Virus record (IMG/VR): IMGVR_UViG_3300049436_000062
Coordinates: 1 to 38,073 of that record
DNA length: 38,073 nt
Source of the DNA: a virus
Lineage: Duplodnaviria > Caudoviricetes
Reading direction: 5' to 3' (one strand)
Every line of letters starts with the position of its first letter. The stretch's first letter is position 1. Below are positions 8,968-17,501 of the stretch, piece by piece. The notes beneath the pieces were generated by a model, which made no database searches, was not told the DNA's origin, and saw only the letters and a list, made by a program, of their open reading frames with translations. Both the position numbers and the translations under genes were made by a program.

Positions 8968-10158
8968 ATGCCGAAGACGCGCTCACGAATGCTTCATGTC
9001 ATGGCGGAGGCCACCTATGGTGTGGACCCCAGCGCCACCGGATCCGCTTATCTGCACGTTCCCGCCATGAGCGTGGGTGATCTACAGGATGGCAAGGCGA
9101 TCCTTGAGACGAACTATAACAACGGGGAAAACTGGCCGACCGCAGGTGTGCCCGGACCCGATGGCTGGAGCTTTGATTTCGAAGTCCCGCTGATCGGCAT
9201 GGCGACCGCTGCCGGAAACGGTACGAACGCCAGCACGGTTACCGCGGACTGGCTCGACACGCTCAAGCTCCATTTGATGGGCTCGCTCCGCACGATCGCA
9301 GGGCTCACGCTCACCGCTACCACGGTCAGCACGCTCACGGGTGCAAGCAACCCGTGGATCGCTCAGGATATCGTAGCGGTGTTTTTGTCGACCGTTCCGA
9401 CCAATGCGCCCCGTTCGCAGATCGCGCTGGTTACGAACGCAACTAGCCCTTACTCGATCGCCCCGAGCATGGTTCAATCCCCGGGCGCGTCCGTGGCGTA
9501 CGGCAGCAAAATGTACCGAGCTACCTCGGACGGTGGTGCCTCGCTGGCGTTCGTCTACACCGAAGATGATCTTATGTATCTGTGCCTTGGTGGCCGGATC
9601 ACTGGGTACGTGGAAAGCGCGGACTCTCGTGGGATCTGGAAGGCTAAAGTCACGGTGTCGGGGGACTCAAAGACGCTGACTAATACTGGAGTCAAAACTT
9701 CTTTGCCCGCGGCTGCGGCCCCGGCTACCACCCCGTTGATCTGCACGCTCAGCCCGGTGTTTTTCAACGGATCCGCTCTGGAGACCAAGTCGATCAGCAT
9801 CGACTATGGCGTCAACGCGGCTCCGTATCTGGTGACCGGTGCGGCCAACGGTCGGGGCGATTTCCTGAATATCGCGCTTGCTCCTAAAGTTTCGGTGGAG
9901 CCGCTGCGCACGGACGCAAACATATTGCTGAAGCGGAACGGCACCACGGGTCGGTTGATGATCCAGCAAGGCGCGGGAATCTTCGCAGCGTCTTCGCTCA
10001 ACCTTGGCGCGTTCCATGCGGAGTCCGTACAAGCGCAGGAAGTGAATTATTCCGACGATGCTGGACGGGCGCGCCAGAAAATTGATTTCACCGTGGTCAA
10101 CCCTGGCAACTTTTCGGCCGGTGTCCAGAGCGTGAAGATCCAGAGCGTGAGGTTCTAA
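8968..10158 (+). CDS. major tail (tube) protein
   Basis: N-terminal EATYGVDP motif typical of tail tube proteins; Thr/Ser/Gly-rich; precedes chaperones and tape measure. Confidence 0.8.
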   Translation: MPKTRSRMLHVMAEATYGVDPSATGSAYLHVPAMSVGDLQDGKAILETNYNNGENWPTAGVPGPDGWSFDFEVPLIGMATAAGNGTNASTVTADWLDTLKLHLMGSLRTIAGLTLTATTVSTLTGASNPWIAQDIVAVFLSTVPTNAPRSQIALVTNATSPYSIAPSMVQSPGASVAYGSKMYRATSDGGASLAFVYTEDDLMYLCLGGRITGYVESADSRGIWKAKVTVSGDSKTLTNTGVKTSLPAAAAPATTPLICTLSPVFFNGSALETKSISIDYGVNAAPYLVTGAANGRGDFLNIALAPKVSVEPLRTDANILLKRNGTTGRLMIQQGAGIFAASSLNLGAFHAESVQAQEVNYSDDAGRARQKIDFTVVNPGNFSAGVQSVKIQSVRF

Positions 10159-10159
10159 G

Positions 10160-10597
10160 ATGAAAAAGCTCGGGGATAAGTTTCGCATCGATCTCGGGCA
10201 GTACGTCACTGCGCTCAAAGACAAGGGCGCGTTCCTGGTCTGTCAACACATGGGCCCGGGTTGGTTCCGCAAAAAGAGCATGACGTTCGCGAAGCTCCAG
10301 CAACTTGAGCTGATCCGTTTGGTGGCGCTCAGGAAGCAATTTACCGAGGCGGAGTTTCCGGAGCTGTACGGCAAAGACGCCAACGGCAACGCGAGCTATG
10401 CAACGGCTGAGCACAGCGAGGCGGTAGAAGCCCACGCGCTGGCGATGCTCGCAGAGTGCGCGACCGGAGTCGAAATCCCCCCGGAGCTTGGGCTACCGCA
10501 GTCCGCCCGGGAGCTTGTAGACTACCTGGGAATCGCGCCTTTCCTGCTCGGGGAAATGTTGGCCGGCCAGCGCCTGGAGCCTGAGCAGGTTTTTTAG
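10160..10597 (+). CDS. tail assembly chaperone (gpG-like)
   Basis: between tail tube and tape measure; ends in slippery G GTT TTT TAG. Confidence 0.75.
   Translation: MKKLGDKFRIDLGQYVTALKDKGAFLVCQHMGPGWFRKKSMTFAKLQQLELIRLVALRKQFTEAEFPELYGKDANGNASYATAEHSEAVEAHALAMLAECATGVEIPPELGLPQSARELVDYLGIAPFLLGEMLAGQRLEPEQVF
10588..10597 (+). promoter_or_regulatory. programmed -1 frameshift site
   Basis: T6 run 10590-10595 at the stop codon; the -1 frame is open from here to 10995. Confidence 0.7.
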
Positions 10598-10995
10598 TTC
10601 GGATCCTGGCCACGTGGTCTCGGGCGGACGTGCCCGAGCTGGCGCGGGATCCGGAAAGCGCGCTCGCCTACGGCCAGATTCCCGGCCACCCCTGCAAAGC
10701 CGCATGGGCCACGCAATGGGATAAGCGCGAGGATTGGCGCCCCGGCCCCGGGGATGATCTGGATTGGATCGGGGAGGATGAAAAGGGGGTGTGGTGCCGA
10801 ATGCACCCCCTGGCGTTACTCCAGGCCGATGATGATCTGAGCGAGGCGCTAGACCGTTTTTATTGCGGGCTGAACGAAATCCAACCCTCGGACTGGGACA
10901 CGCTCAGCAACTGGGAATTCGAAGTAAAACTGACCGCAGCCCTCGCACGCCAGCGTGAAGACTCTCGGAGGATGAAGAGCCATGGCAGAGAATAG
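10591..10995 (+). CDS. tail assembly chaperone extension (gpT-like, expressed as GT fusion)
   Basis: -1 frame relative to the 10160 ORF, open from the slip site, overlaps the tape measure start. Confidence 0.7.
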   Translation, partial: FLVRILATWSRADVPELARDPESALAYGQIPGHPCKAAWATQWDKREDWRPGPGDDLDWIGEDEKGVWCRMHPLALLQADDDLSEALDRFYCGLNEIQPSDWDTLSNWEFEVKLTAALARQREDSRRMKSHGRE

Positions 10996-12865
10996 CCAGC
11001 CAAAAGCCACGCTAACGATCGAGGTAGATTCTACCGCTGGCCGTGCTGCGCTCAAGACCTTCGAGAAAGCGCTTGAAGACTCCGCAAAAAAGCAGATCGT
11101 TTCGCTCAAGGGGATCGGGTCCGCTTTCGCAGCGGTCACGGCCACCACGTTTGCCGCGGCCACGGCTGCCGTTGCCGGGCTGACCGCGGCCACGATTCAC
11201 TTTGCGAAGGCTGGCGCGGATGTAGAGGCGAACGAACGCAGGGCGTTCGCGATCATGGAGCGCAGGTCCCGGATGACGGGAGAGGCGAAGACCGCCTTGC
11301 TTGCGTTCAATGCGGCCCTCCAATCGCAGCTTGGCAAAGACGCGGACGCAATCCTGAGCGCTCAGGCAACCATGTCCGCAATGGGCGTTGCCCGTGCGGA
11401 TACCGAGAAAGCCACCAAGGCTATGCTTGGTCTGTCGGCCGTGTTCAAGGTCGACATGGATCAAGCGGCCAAGATCGTGGGCCGCGTCTTCGCTGGTGAG
11501 CTCCCAAAGTCGCTCCAGAAAATGGGCATTCACGCCAAAGACGCTGCCGATGCGCAGCGCCAATTGGTAGAAATGTTCAAGGTCGCGGCTGCGGAGGGCG
11601 ACACGTTCTCGGCTCGAGTCAGCGCAGCGGAGGAGGCCTGGAACGATCTTGAAGAGACGATCGGCCTTAGCGTTGTTGGGAGCGGTTCGCTCAAGGGAAG
11701 CATCGATGTGGTTCGCGAGGCGTTCGAAGATCTGACCGCGTTCTTCGGCAGCCCCGAAGGTAAAAAGTACGTAAATGAATTCTTCGCCAGCGTGGCTAAG
11801 TACGCCTCGCTCGCGTTGCAAACAATGCTGGGGGTCTACCAGGCCGCGAAAGATATCAACGCGGAATTTCAGAAAGGGCTAGTCGGCCGTGGGCTGAAGA
11901 CCGCCTACGTCACGCCCATGGACGAAAAGACCCCGCTACAGGATATCGTTCAGAGTGTCTCAGACAAGCTGGCCAAAATCGGAACGGGCTCCCGAGGCGT
12001 GGAAGATACTCCGGAAGGTGCCGCTAATGCCGCATTCGGGCGCGACCGCGCGGGCAAAGGCCCGAAGACTCCGAAGGGGGTCGGACCTAACACGATCGTG
12101 ATTCCCGGAACGGGCGTTGCGATGCCTCCGGAGTATTGGGAGGAGGTCAAGAAAAAGAACGCTCAGAACGTGGCGGACGTGTTCGCGGACTACCGAGCGC
12201 ACGTAGCAGGCGAGCAGGAGATTGCGCAGCACGAAGCCGACATGAACGTGGGCGAGGACATGAACCAACTCCTGGGCACGTTCCAGAAAATGGGTCAGCC
12301 GATTGCGGACGGTATGTCCAGCATCATGACGGAGGCGATCGTGTCCGTAGCGGACGGATCTAAGTCCGTTCTGGAAGCGTTGGGCGGAATGGTCGGAGGC
12401 ATTATCACGATGCTCGGGACCATGATGATCCAGCTCGGGACCGCAGCCTTGGCCGCGTCCGCTCTCAGCGCCATTCCGATCTTCGCTGGTTTGGTCGGGC
12501 CTCCGGGCGTAGGCGTTGGCGTAGCGCTCGCTGCTATTGCCGTGGGCGCTGGCCTTGTGGCCGTGGGTTCCGCCATTGGCGGGGCCGCTAGCGCGGGTTC
12601 CAAGCCCTCCGCGGCCAGCCGGGGCGGAGCCGGGGCCGGTGGCTCGAACAAGGGACACGGAACGCCCACCACGGGCCAAGCCTTTGGCGGCTCTCGCATC
12701 CCGGGGCTGGGTAGCTACAACCCGATGGCCACCGGTGGCGGGGATGTGACCTACCAAATCAATTTCAATGGGCCTATGGGCGGCTCCCCTCGCGCGATCG
12801 CGCGCGCGGTGCAAGACACCTTGGACTCTGGCGGCAGCCTGACTCCGGGCGGACGGAGGCGGTAA
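10982..12865 (+). CDS. tail tape measure protein
   Basis: Ala-rich helical 627 aa; hydrophobic Gly/Ala segments; C-terminal VTYQINFNG motif. Confidence 0.88.
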   Translation: MAENSQPKATLTIEVDSTAGRAALKTFEKALEDSAKKQIVSLKGIGSAFAAVTATTFAAATAAVAGLTAATIHFAKAGADVEANERRAFAIMERRSRMTGEAKTALLAFNAALQSQLGKDADAILSAQATMSAMGVARADTEKATKAMLGLSAVFKVDMDQAAKIVGRVFAGELPKSLQKMGIHAKDAADAQRQLVEMFKVAAAEGDTFSARVSAAEEAWNDLEETIGLSVVGSGSLKGSIDVVREAFEDLTAFFGSPEGKKYVNEFFASVAKYASLALQTMLGVYQAAKDINAEFQKGLVGRGLKTAYVTPMDEKTPLQDIVQSVSDKLAKIGTGSRGVEDTPEGAANAAFGRDRAGKGPKTPKGVGPNTIVIPGTGVAMPPEYWEEVKKKNAQNVADVFADYRAHVAGEQEIAQHEADMNVGEDMNQLLGTFQKMGQPIADGMSSIMTEAIVSVADGSKSVLEALGGMVGGIITMLGTMMIQLGTAALAASALSAIPIFAGLVGPPGVGVGVALAAIAVGAGLVAVGSAIGGAASAGSKPSAASRGGAGAGGSNKGHGTPTTGQAFGGSRIPGLGSYNPMATGGGDVTYQINFNGPMGGSPRAIARAVQDTLDSGGSLTPGGRRR

Positions 12866-12868
12866 CCG

Positions 12869-13648
12869 ATGCCAGACGCACGCATTGACTGGCCGGTTCA
12901 GTTTGCGGCCGCAAGCTATGGGCTGCGAATTCAGTACAACGGCTTTGCTCAGCAAACCGTGACCGTGCCCGTGACGGTAGGTCGCAACTATTGGCTAAGC
13001 GGGGATGGTCAGGCGGACTCCAGCGCGGGAGCTGGCGACTTGCTGCGCGTGCTGGAGCTCGCGCTTGAGAGTTACTCGCTGACCGCGCTGACCGCCACCG
13101 TTACCCTGGATTCGAGCTTCCGTGTTCGCATAGTGACCCCGTCCAATCTAACCATTCTCTGGGGTGACGCGGCCACCACTATCGATCCAGCGATCTTCGG
13201 CTTCGCAGCGTCCACGTCTGGCCCGGCTACCACGATCACCGGAGCGAATTTACCGCACGGGATCTGGCGCCCTGGCCGACCGCTCGGGGTGGACTCTCGA
13301 GACCGCCAACCGATCGTGGGCGGGGTACTCATGGCCCAATCAGGTCTGATTGAAGTGTCTCGCGTGGCGCTGCCGTACAAAACGCGCGATCTGAATTTCG
13401 CGTTTATCGAGCCAGCGCGCACGCTCACGGAATACGTGGCAGCGTCCGAGCCAACGGGCGCTTTCGAGAGTCTTTGGGTGACCGCAGCCACGGCTAATCG
13501 TCCGCTCCGTGTGTACGCGGACGAAACTTCGCGATCCTCCTCCGGCTACACGCAATATAAAACACGGTCCGTGGCGGACCCAATTTCGCGCAGCGGACCT
13601 AACCAATACTGGTTTGATATCGCGCTGCAACTACAGAGGGACTCCTAA
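12869..13648 (+). CDS. putative distal tail / tail-tip protein
   Basis: first gene after tape measure; beta-rich with aromatic C-terminal strand. Confidence 0.55.
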   Translation: MPDARIDWPVQFAAASYGLRIQYNGFAQQTVTVPVTVGRNYWLSGDGQADSSAGAGDLLRVLELALESYSLTALTATVTLDSSFRVRIVTPSNLTILWGDAATTIDPAIFGFAASTSGPATTITGANLPHGIWRPGRPLGVDSRDRQPIVGGVLMAQSGLIEVSRVALPYKTRDLNFAFIEPARTLTEYVAASEPTGAFESLWVTAATANRPLRVYADETSRSSSGYTQYKTRSVADPISRSGPNQYWFDIALQLQRDS

Positions 13649-13650
13649 TC

Positions 13651-14340
13651 ATGCTGAAGAAAATCCGCTCTCGCGCGTTGATCGCGACGCTCTACTTTCT
13701 CGCCTTGTTCGGGGCGCCCATGCTGGCCATCGCCAGCGATGCGGGCGGGCCGCACGATCTGTCCGGGGCCTCGCGCTACCTGAGCCCGCAGGGTACGGTT
13801 CGGGGCGTGCGTGTGCTTTGCCCCAGCGCGTCCACCGCGATGATCCCGTACACCTCCGGAGGTTCGCAGCCGTGGATCCTTCCTTACGGTGGGCTCCTGA
13901 CTTTTACTGGTGGCGGGAATATGACCGTGTGTCTTCACCAGGCGTACACCGCGGACGTTTCGATCGGGGACCAAACTACGTCCGCGGCCACCACGTTGAC
14001 CGATGCCTCCGGCCCGGACGGCAACGCAACTTGTTTCACGCTCAGGTCAGCCGGATCGTTCAAAGATGAGATCCCGAAATATCAGAATCTGAGCCAGGCC
14101 CCGGGAGCCCGCACGGGCATTTGCTCCGCGCCCACGAACAACCAAGTTGCCAGCATGAGTTTTTACGGACACTGCCGGCAGGATACGGACTGCACGAACG
14201 GTGGAGCTCCCGCGGGCACCACGTGCTTGACCGCTCCATCGGACGCGCAGCTAGCGGTTCGTCTGCCCCTGGCCGGAGTGTACGCAACGTGCCGCGCCTC
14301 CGTGGATCAGACCGACTTGACCGTGGTGTACGAGCGCTAA
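13651..14340 (+). CDS. exported Cys-rich protein
   Basis: basic N-terminus, hydrophobic core and AIA cleavage-like site; 8 Cys. Confidence 0.7.
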   Translation: MLKKIRSRALIATLYFLALFGAPMLAIASDAGGPHDLSGASRYLSPQGTVRGVRVLCPSASTAMIPYTSGGSQPWILPYGGLLTFTGGGNMTVCLHQAYTADVSIGDQTTSAATTLTDASGPDGNATCFTLRSAGSFKDEIPKYQNLSQAPGARTGICSAPTNNQVASMSFYGHCRQDTDCTNGGAPAGTTCLTAPSDAQLAVRLPLAGVYATCRASVDQTDLTVVYER

Positions 14341-16263
14341 ATGAAAAAGCGAACGGCAGCAATCTGGTACGCACTCAGCGCGTTGGTTTGGTCGCTGGCG
14401 TTCGCGCTGGTGCTCCAGCCCTCGGACGCTAGGCGCTCGCGCCCGCGCGCGGACGTTTTTCCGCTGGATAACGGGGCTACGGTTGAGTCCGTGGGTTCAG
14501 CCACCTTCGGCCGTCAATGGGACTGGTATGTTGCGGCCGACACGATCAACGCGGTGCAAGATGCGGGCGTGGTGGGCGCCTGGCCGTACGAGCCGGACGG
14601 TGGAACGCTCCCGGCCGCGCACACCGATGGCGGCCTAAGCACGGGGTATCAGAGCAGCGCGGGCCTGAACGCCAGCGGGCTAGGCTCTCGCTTGGTAAAC
14701 CAGGGCGTGAGTTTGAACGGGGCGATCTGGCGTAGGTCGAGCTTGGTAAATACTCCGGGCTACTCAGGGGACGGCTTCCAATCATTGACCCGTATTGTCT
14801 TCACGCACGAGGCTGGAGCGAGCGGGACCGCTGGCGTACTGCTTACCTCCGGGCGTTCTGGTATCGGGGCGTTTGCGGTCTACGCTCAGAGCGCCACCCA
14901 ATTTCGTGTGACGTTGCAATCTGGCACCACGTATTCCGCGATCGTTACGGCACCGCGCGGGATCTCGGTGGGTCCGCACGTGCTCACGATCTACACAAGC
15001 GACTCAGAAAACGTTGGCGCGTTGAACCGGCTCAATTCTATGTTCTGGCTAGACGGACGATACGTGGGCGGAGCGGAGCATACCGGAGATACGGCAGCGT
15101 GGACTGGCTCCCTAGCGGATCAGCTCAGCGTGGGCGGAACCGCAGGCGGGGCGACTCCGGTCCTGGGACGTACGGTGTTCTTCGCAGGCTACGCCACCGG
15201 AACTAATTTTTCGTGGTGGAATGGTTTTGATACGGAGTACCAAGATTGCGTAGCGTTGGGTCTTTGTCCGAACATGGGCGCTGGAGCTTCAGCGGGAACC
15301 GGTTACGGTATCGTGCAGGGTGATGGCGGGATCCTAAATATCGTTCAGCCAACGGGGTTCGTAGCGGACGGGCGCACGCGGACGGGCTGGGGTATTGTTA
15401 CGCCAGCGGGCTACCGCCCGGACACTCCGGCTGACTTATATATTCACATGTGTGGATGCTCCTGGACAGGAGCTTCTTGCCGGGGCTCATTCACCGGGGG
15501 TACCGCGGCCACGGCTGATCCAAACCTCGAGGCTGGCGACCCTAATGGGATCCACGCGTACCTTGAGCCGCTGTACACGGACCCCACGGATTGTGCTGCG
15601 GCCGGTGGCGGGAACGGTTGGCCGAAATCAAATACGCGTTTCGGAGATTTTCAGGTCCGTTACGTAGACGGGGTGATCGCGTACATGCGGCAATACTACG
15701 CTGTGCGCGCGACCTATTGTGTCGGGCGTAGCAACGGGTCCGCGTTCTGCCACTATTACGGGGCGCTTCGCCCTGGCCTTGTCTCGGCCGTGGCGGACAC
15801 GATCGGTTATCTACCCGGTACGGCCAACGGTGGCGGACCGGCTATGACAAGCACGCTGACTCAGGGTCGCAACCCGGTCTATGCGATGCATAACGCGGAC
15901 GATCCTACCGTGCGCGTCGATTACGCACGCGCGTTGATCCCGTTCTATTTGCAACGCAACTTAGGGATTGACGCGAGCGTGAGTGACGGGAGCGTGGGAA
16001 CGTGCGTGGGCATGGATGCTGGCGGCCCGGACGGTGGCCAGATACTCACGGGGTGCGGCTGCGGTGGTGCGCAAGGGACCTATGACGGTGGCGCAAACGG
16101 CACGTGCTGTACGTGGACCACGGGCGGAGGCGGACTCGACGGCGGCCCCGCGCTGCCGTTCATGTACTGCGAGGCGCGCTCGGGCGGACACCTACCGCCC
16201 GGGGGTGAGGGCGAGCGTATTCGTACTTTCATTTTGAACTACGCGGAGGATGCGGGCGGATGA
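14341..16263 (+). CDS. exported protein: LamG/ConA-like region plus alpha/beta-hydrolase esterase (PHB depolymerase/LpqC-like)
   Basis: signal peptide MKKRTAAIWYALSALVWSLAFALVL; GRSNG nucleophile elbow, HNADDPTV, SGGH; HVLT...FWLDG LamG-like pattern. Confidence 0.7.
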   Translation: MKKRTAAIWYALSALVWSLAFALVLQPSDARRSRPRADVFPLDNGATVESVGSATFGRQWDWYVAADTINAVQDAGVVGAWPYEPDGGTLPAAHTDGGLSTGYQSSAGLNASGLGSRLVNQGVSLNGAIWRRSSLVNTPGYSGDGFQSLTRIVFTHEAGASGTAGVLLTSGRSGIGAFAVYAQSATQFRVTLQSGTTYSAIVTAPRGISVGPHVLTIYTSDSENVGALNRLNSMFWLDGRYVGGAEHTGDTAAWTGSLADQLSVGGTAGGATPVLGRTVFFAGYATGTNFSWWNGFDTEYQDCVALGLCPNMGAGASAGTGYGIVQGDGGILNIVQPTGFVADGRTRTGWGIVTPAGYRPDTPADLYIHMCGCSWTGASCRGSFTGGTAATADPNLEAGDPNGIHAYLEPLYTDPTDCAAAGGGNGWPKSNTRFGDFQVRYVDGVIAYMRQYYAVRATYCVGRSNGSAFCHYYGALRPGLVSAVADTIGYLPGTANGGGPAMTSTLTQGRNPVYAMHNADDPTVRVDYARALIPFYLQRNLGIDASVSDGSVGTCVGMDAGGPDGGQILTGCGCGGAQGTYDGGANGTCCTWTTGGGGLDGGPALPFMYCEARSGGHLPPGGEGERIRTFILNYAEDAGG

Positions 16264-17489
16264 TCGCAACTATCTTGACCCTGGCCGTTCTATCTCAGCC
16301 GATGCTTCCAGGCGAGCGCGCGGTCTATCCCGTGCGCGCGTACGTGAGGGAGGAGGATTGCAGCGCCACCGAGTGCGACCTGTCACCAGCGTTCGATCGC
16401 ATTTTCGCGGTCACGGATGCGGTTCCGTCCACCGTGATTGGTATGCGCCCACCAGGGGCGTTGATCGAGCTCCCGCCTGGCGTGTTCCGTCTGAGCAAGC
16501 CGATCCACGTCAACCGGGAGCACACGATCCGTGGAGCTGGCGGAGCGGGCTGGGGGCCGCCCACGATCCTTCGGGTCATGACGTCCACGCACGGAATCGT
16601 GGTCAATACTTTTGGCGCATGGGCGGACATCGGGGGCTTCGCGCTGGTGACGGCCGTTCCCTCCGAGACCGCGGACCGTCACGGAATCGTGTTGAAAGCG
16701 CGCGCGCACATTCATGACATGTGGATCCGGGGGTTCACCGTTGGTGTGTACGCACTCGGGGATATTCGGTATGCCACGAACGCAAACGGAGCCAAGCTGG
16801 ATTTCCTACGCATCGATCTCCAGGAGTACGCTGGCGTGTATCTGCTCGGAGATAATGCCGGGGCGATCTTGCTTAGCTCGGTAGACGTGGGCTCGCCCTG
16901 CCAAAAGGCTTCGAAATGGGAAGCCGCGTTCCAGGGTCGGGCGTGCGCGGGCATCATGGATTGGTCCATGATGGGCGCTGCGATCGTGGGCGGTCAGAGC
17001 GCCAACGCGCGGGATCTAATCACCGGCCAATACCGGAGCAATTATTTCCTGCGCAGAACCTCCGCGCTGGGGGCGTACTCCGAAATGAGCCTGACCAAAG
17101 ATCAGCTTGAGATTGACGCGGTAGTTTTGGGCGGCACGCTTGCGGCTCCGAGCATGGCCGCTGGCCTCGGCTTCCGGCTGTACGGCCCGCGAGCAAATCA
17201 GATCCGGGCGTACGGTACAGCGGCCACGGGCGACACTCAGCGCCCTGAGATCTGGATCGGTGGTGAGGGCCTAGCTCCTGGTACCGTGCTCTCACTGTAC
17301 CCTCCGCAATCAGGGTCTCCTGTATCAAGCGCTGCCGTGCTGCGCACCAAGCTAGACAATACCCCCGGCAAATTGAGCTGGAGAACCGACCTGCAAAATA
17401 GCGCGTTACTTACTACCCAGCGGATATTGGTCGACCTACCTCGCAAGGGTGTGGTGATCACGCGGACTAGTTCTAGCGTCATACCGTAG
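16260..17489 (+). CDS. exported pectate-lyase-like beta-helix protein (depolymerase/tailspike-like)
   Basis: DLSPAFDR...IELPPGVFRLSKPI...TIRGAG N-terminal pattern of the Pectate_lyase_3 type; short hydrophobic N-terminus MIATILTLAVLS. Confidence 0.65.
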   Translation: MIATILTLAVLSQPMLPGERAVYPVRAYVREEDCSATECDLSPAFDRIFAVTDAVPSTVIGMRPPGALIELPPGVFRLSKPIHVNREHTIRGAGGAGWGPPTILRVMTSTHGIVVNTFGAWADIGGFALVTAVPSETADRHGIVLKARAHIHDMWIRGFTVGVYALGDIRYATNANGAKLDFLRIDLQEYAGVYLLGDNAGAILLSSVDVGSPCQKASKWEAAFQGRACAGIMDWSMMGAAIVGGQSANARDLITGQYRSNYFLRRTSALGAYSEMSLTKDQLEIDAVVLGGTLAAPSMAAGLGFRLYGPRANQIRAYGTAATGDTQRPEIWIGGEGLAPGTVLSLYPPQSGSPVSSAAVLRTKLDNTPGKLSWRTDLQNSALLTTQRILVDLPRKGVVITRTSSSVIP

Positions 17490-17501
17490 AAAAGAGGCAA
17501 C

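Noticed and set aside
5078-12955. Long minus-strand ORFs (5078-6127, 6425-7405, 11960-12955; also 29655-30674)
   Set aside because: Antisense shadows of GC-rich, codon-biased plus-strand genes; no motifs or SD sites
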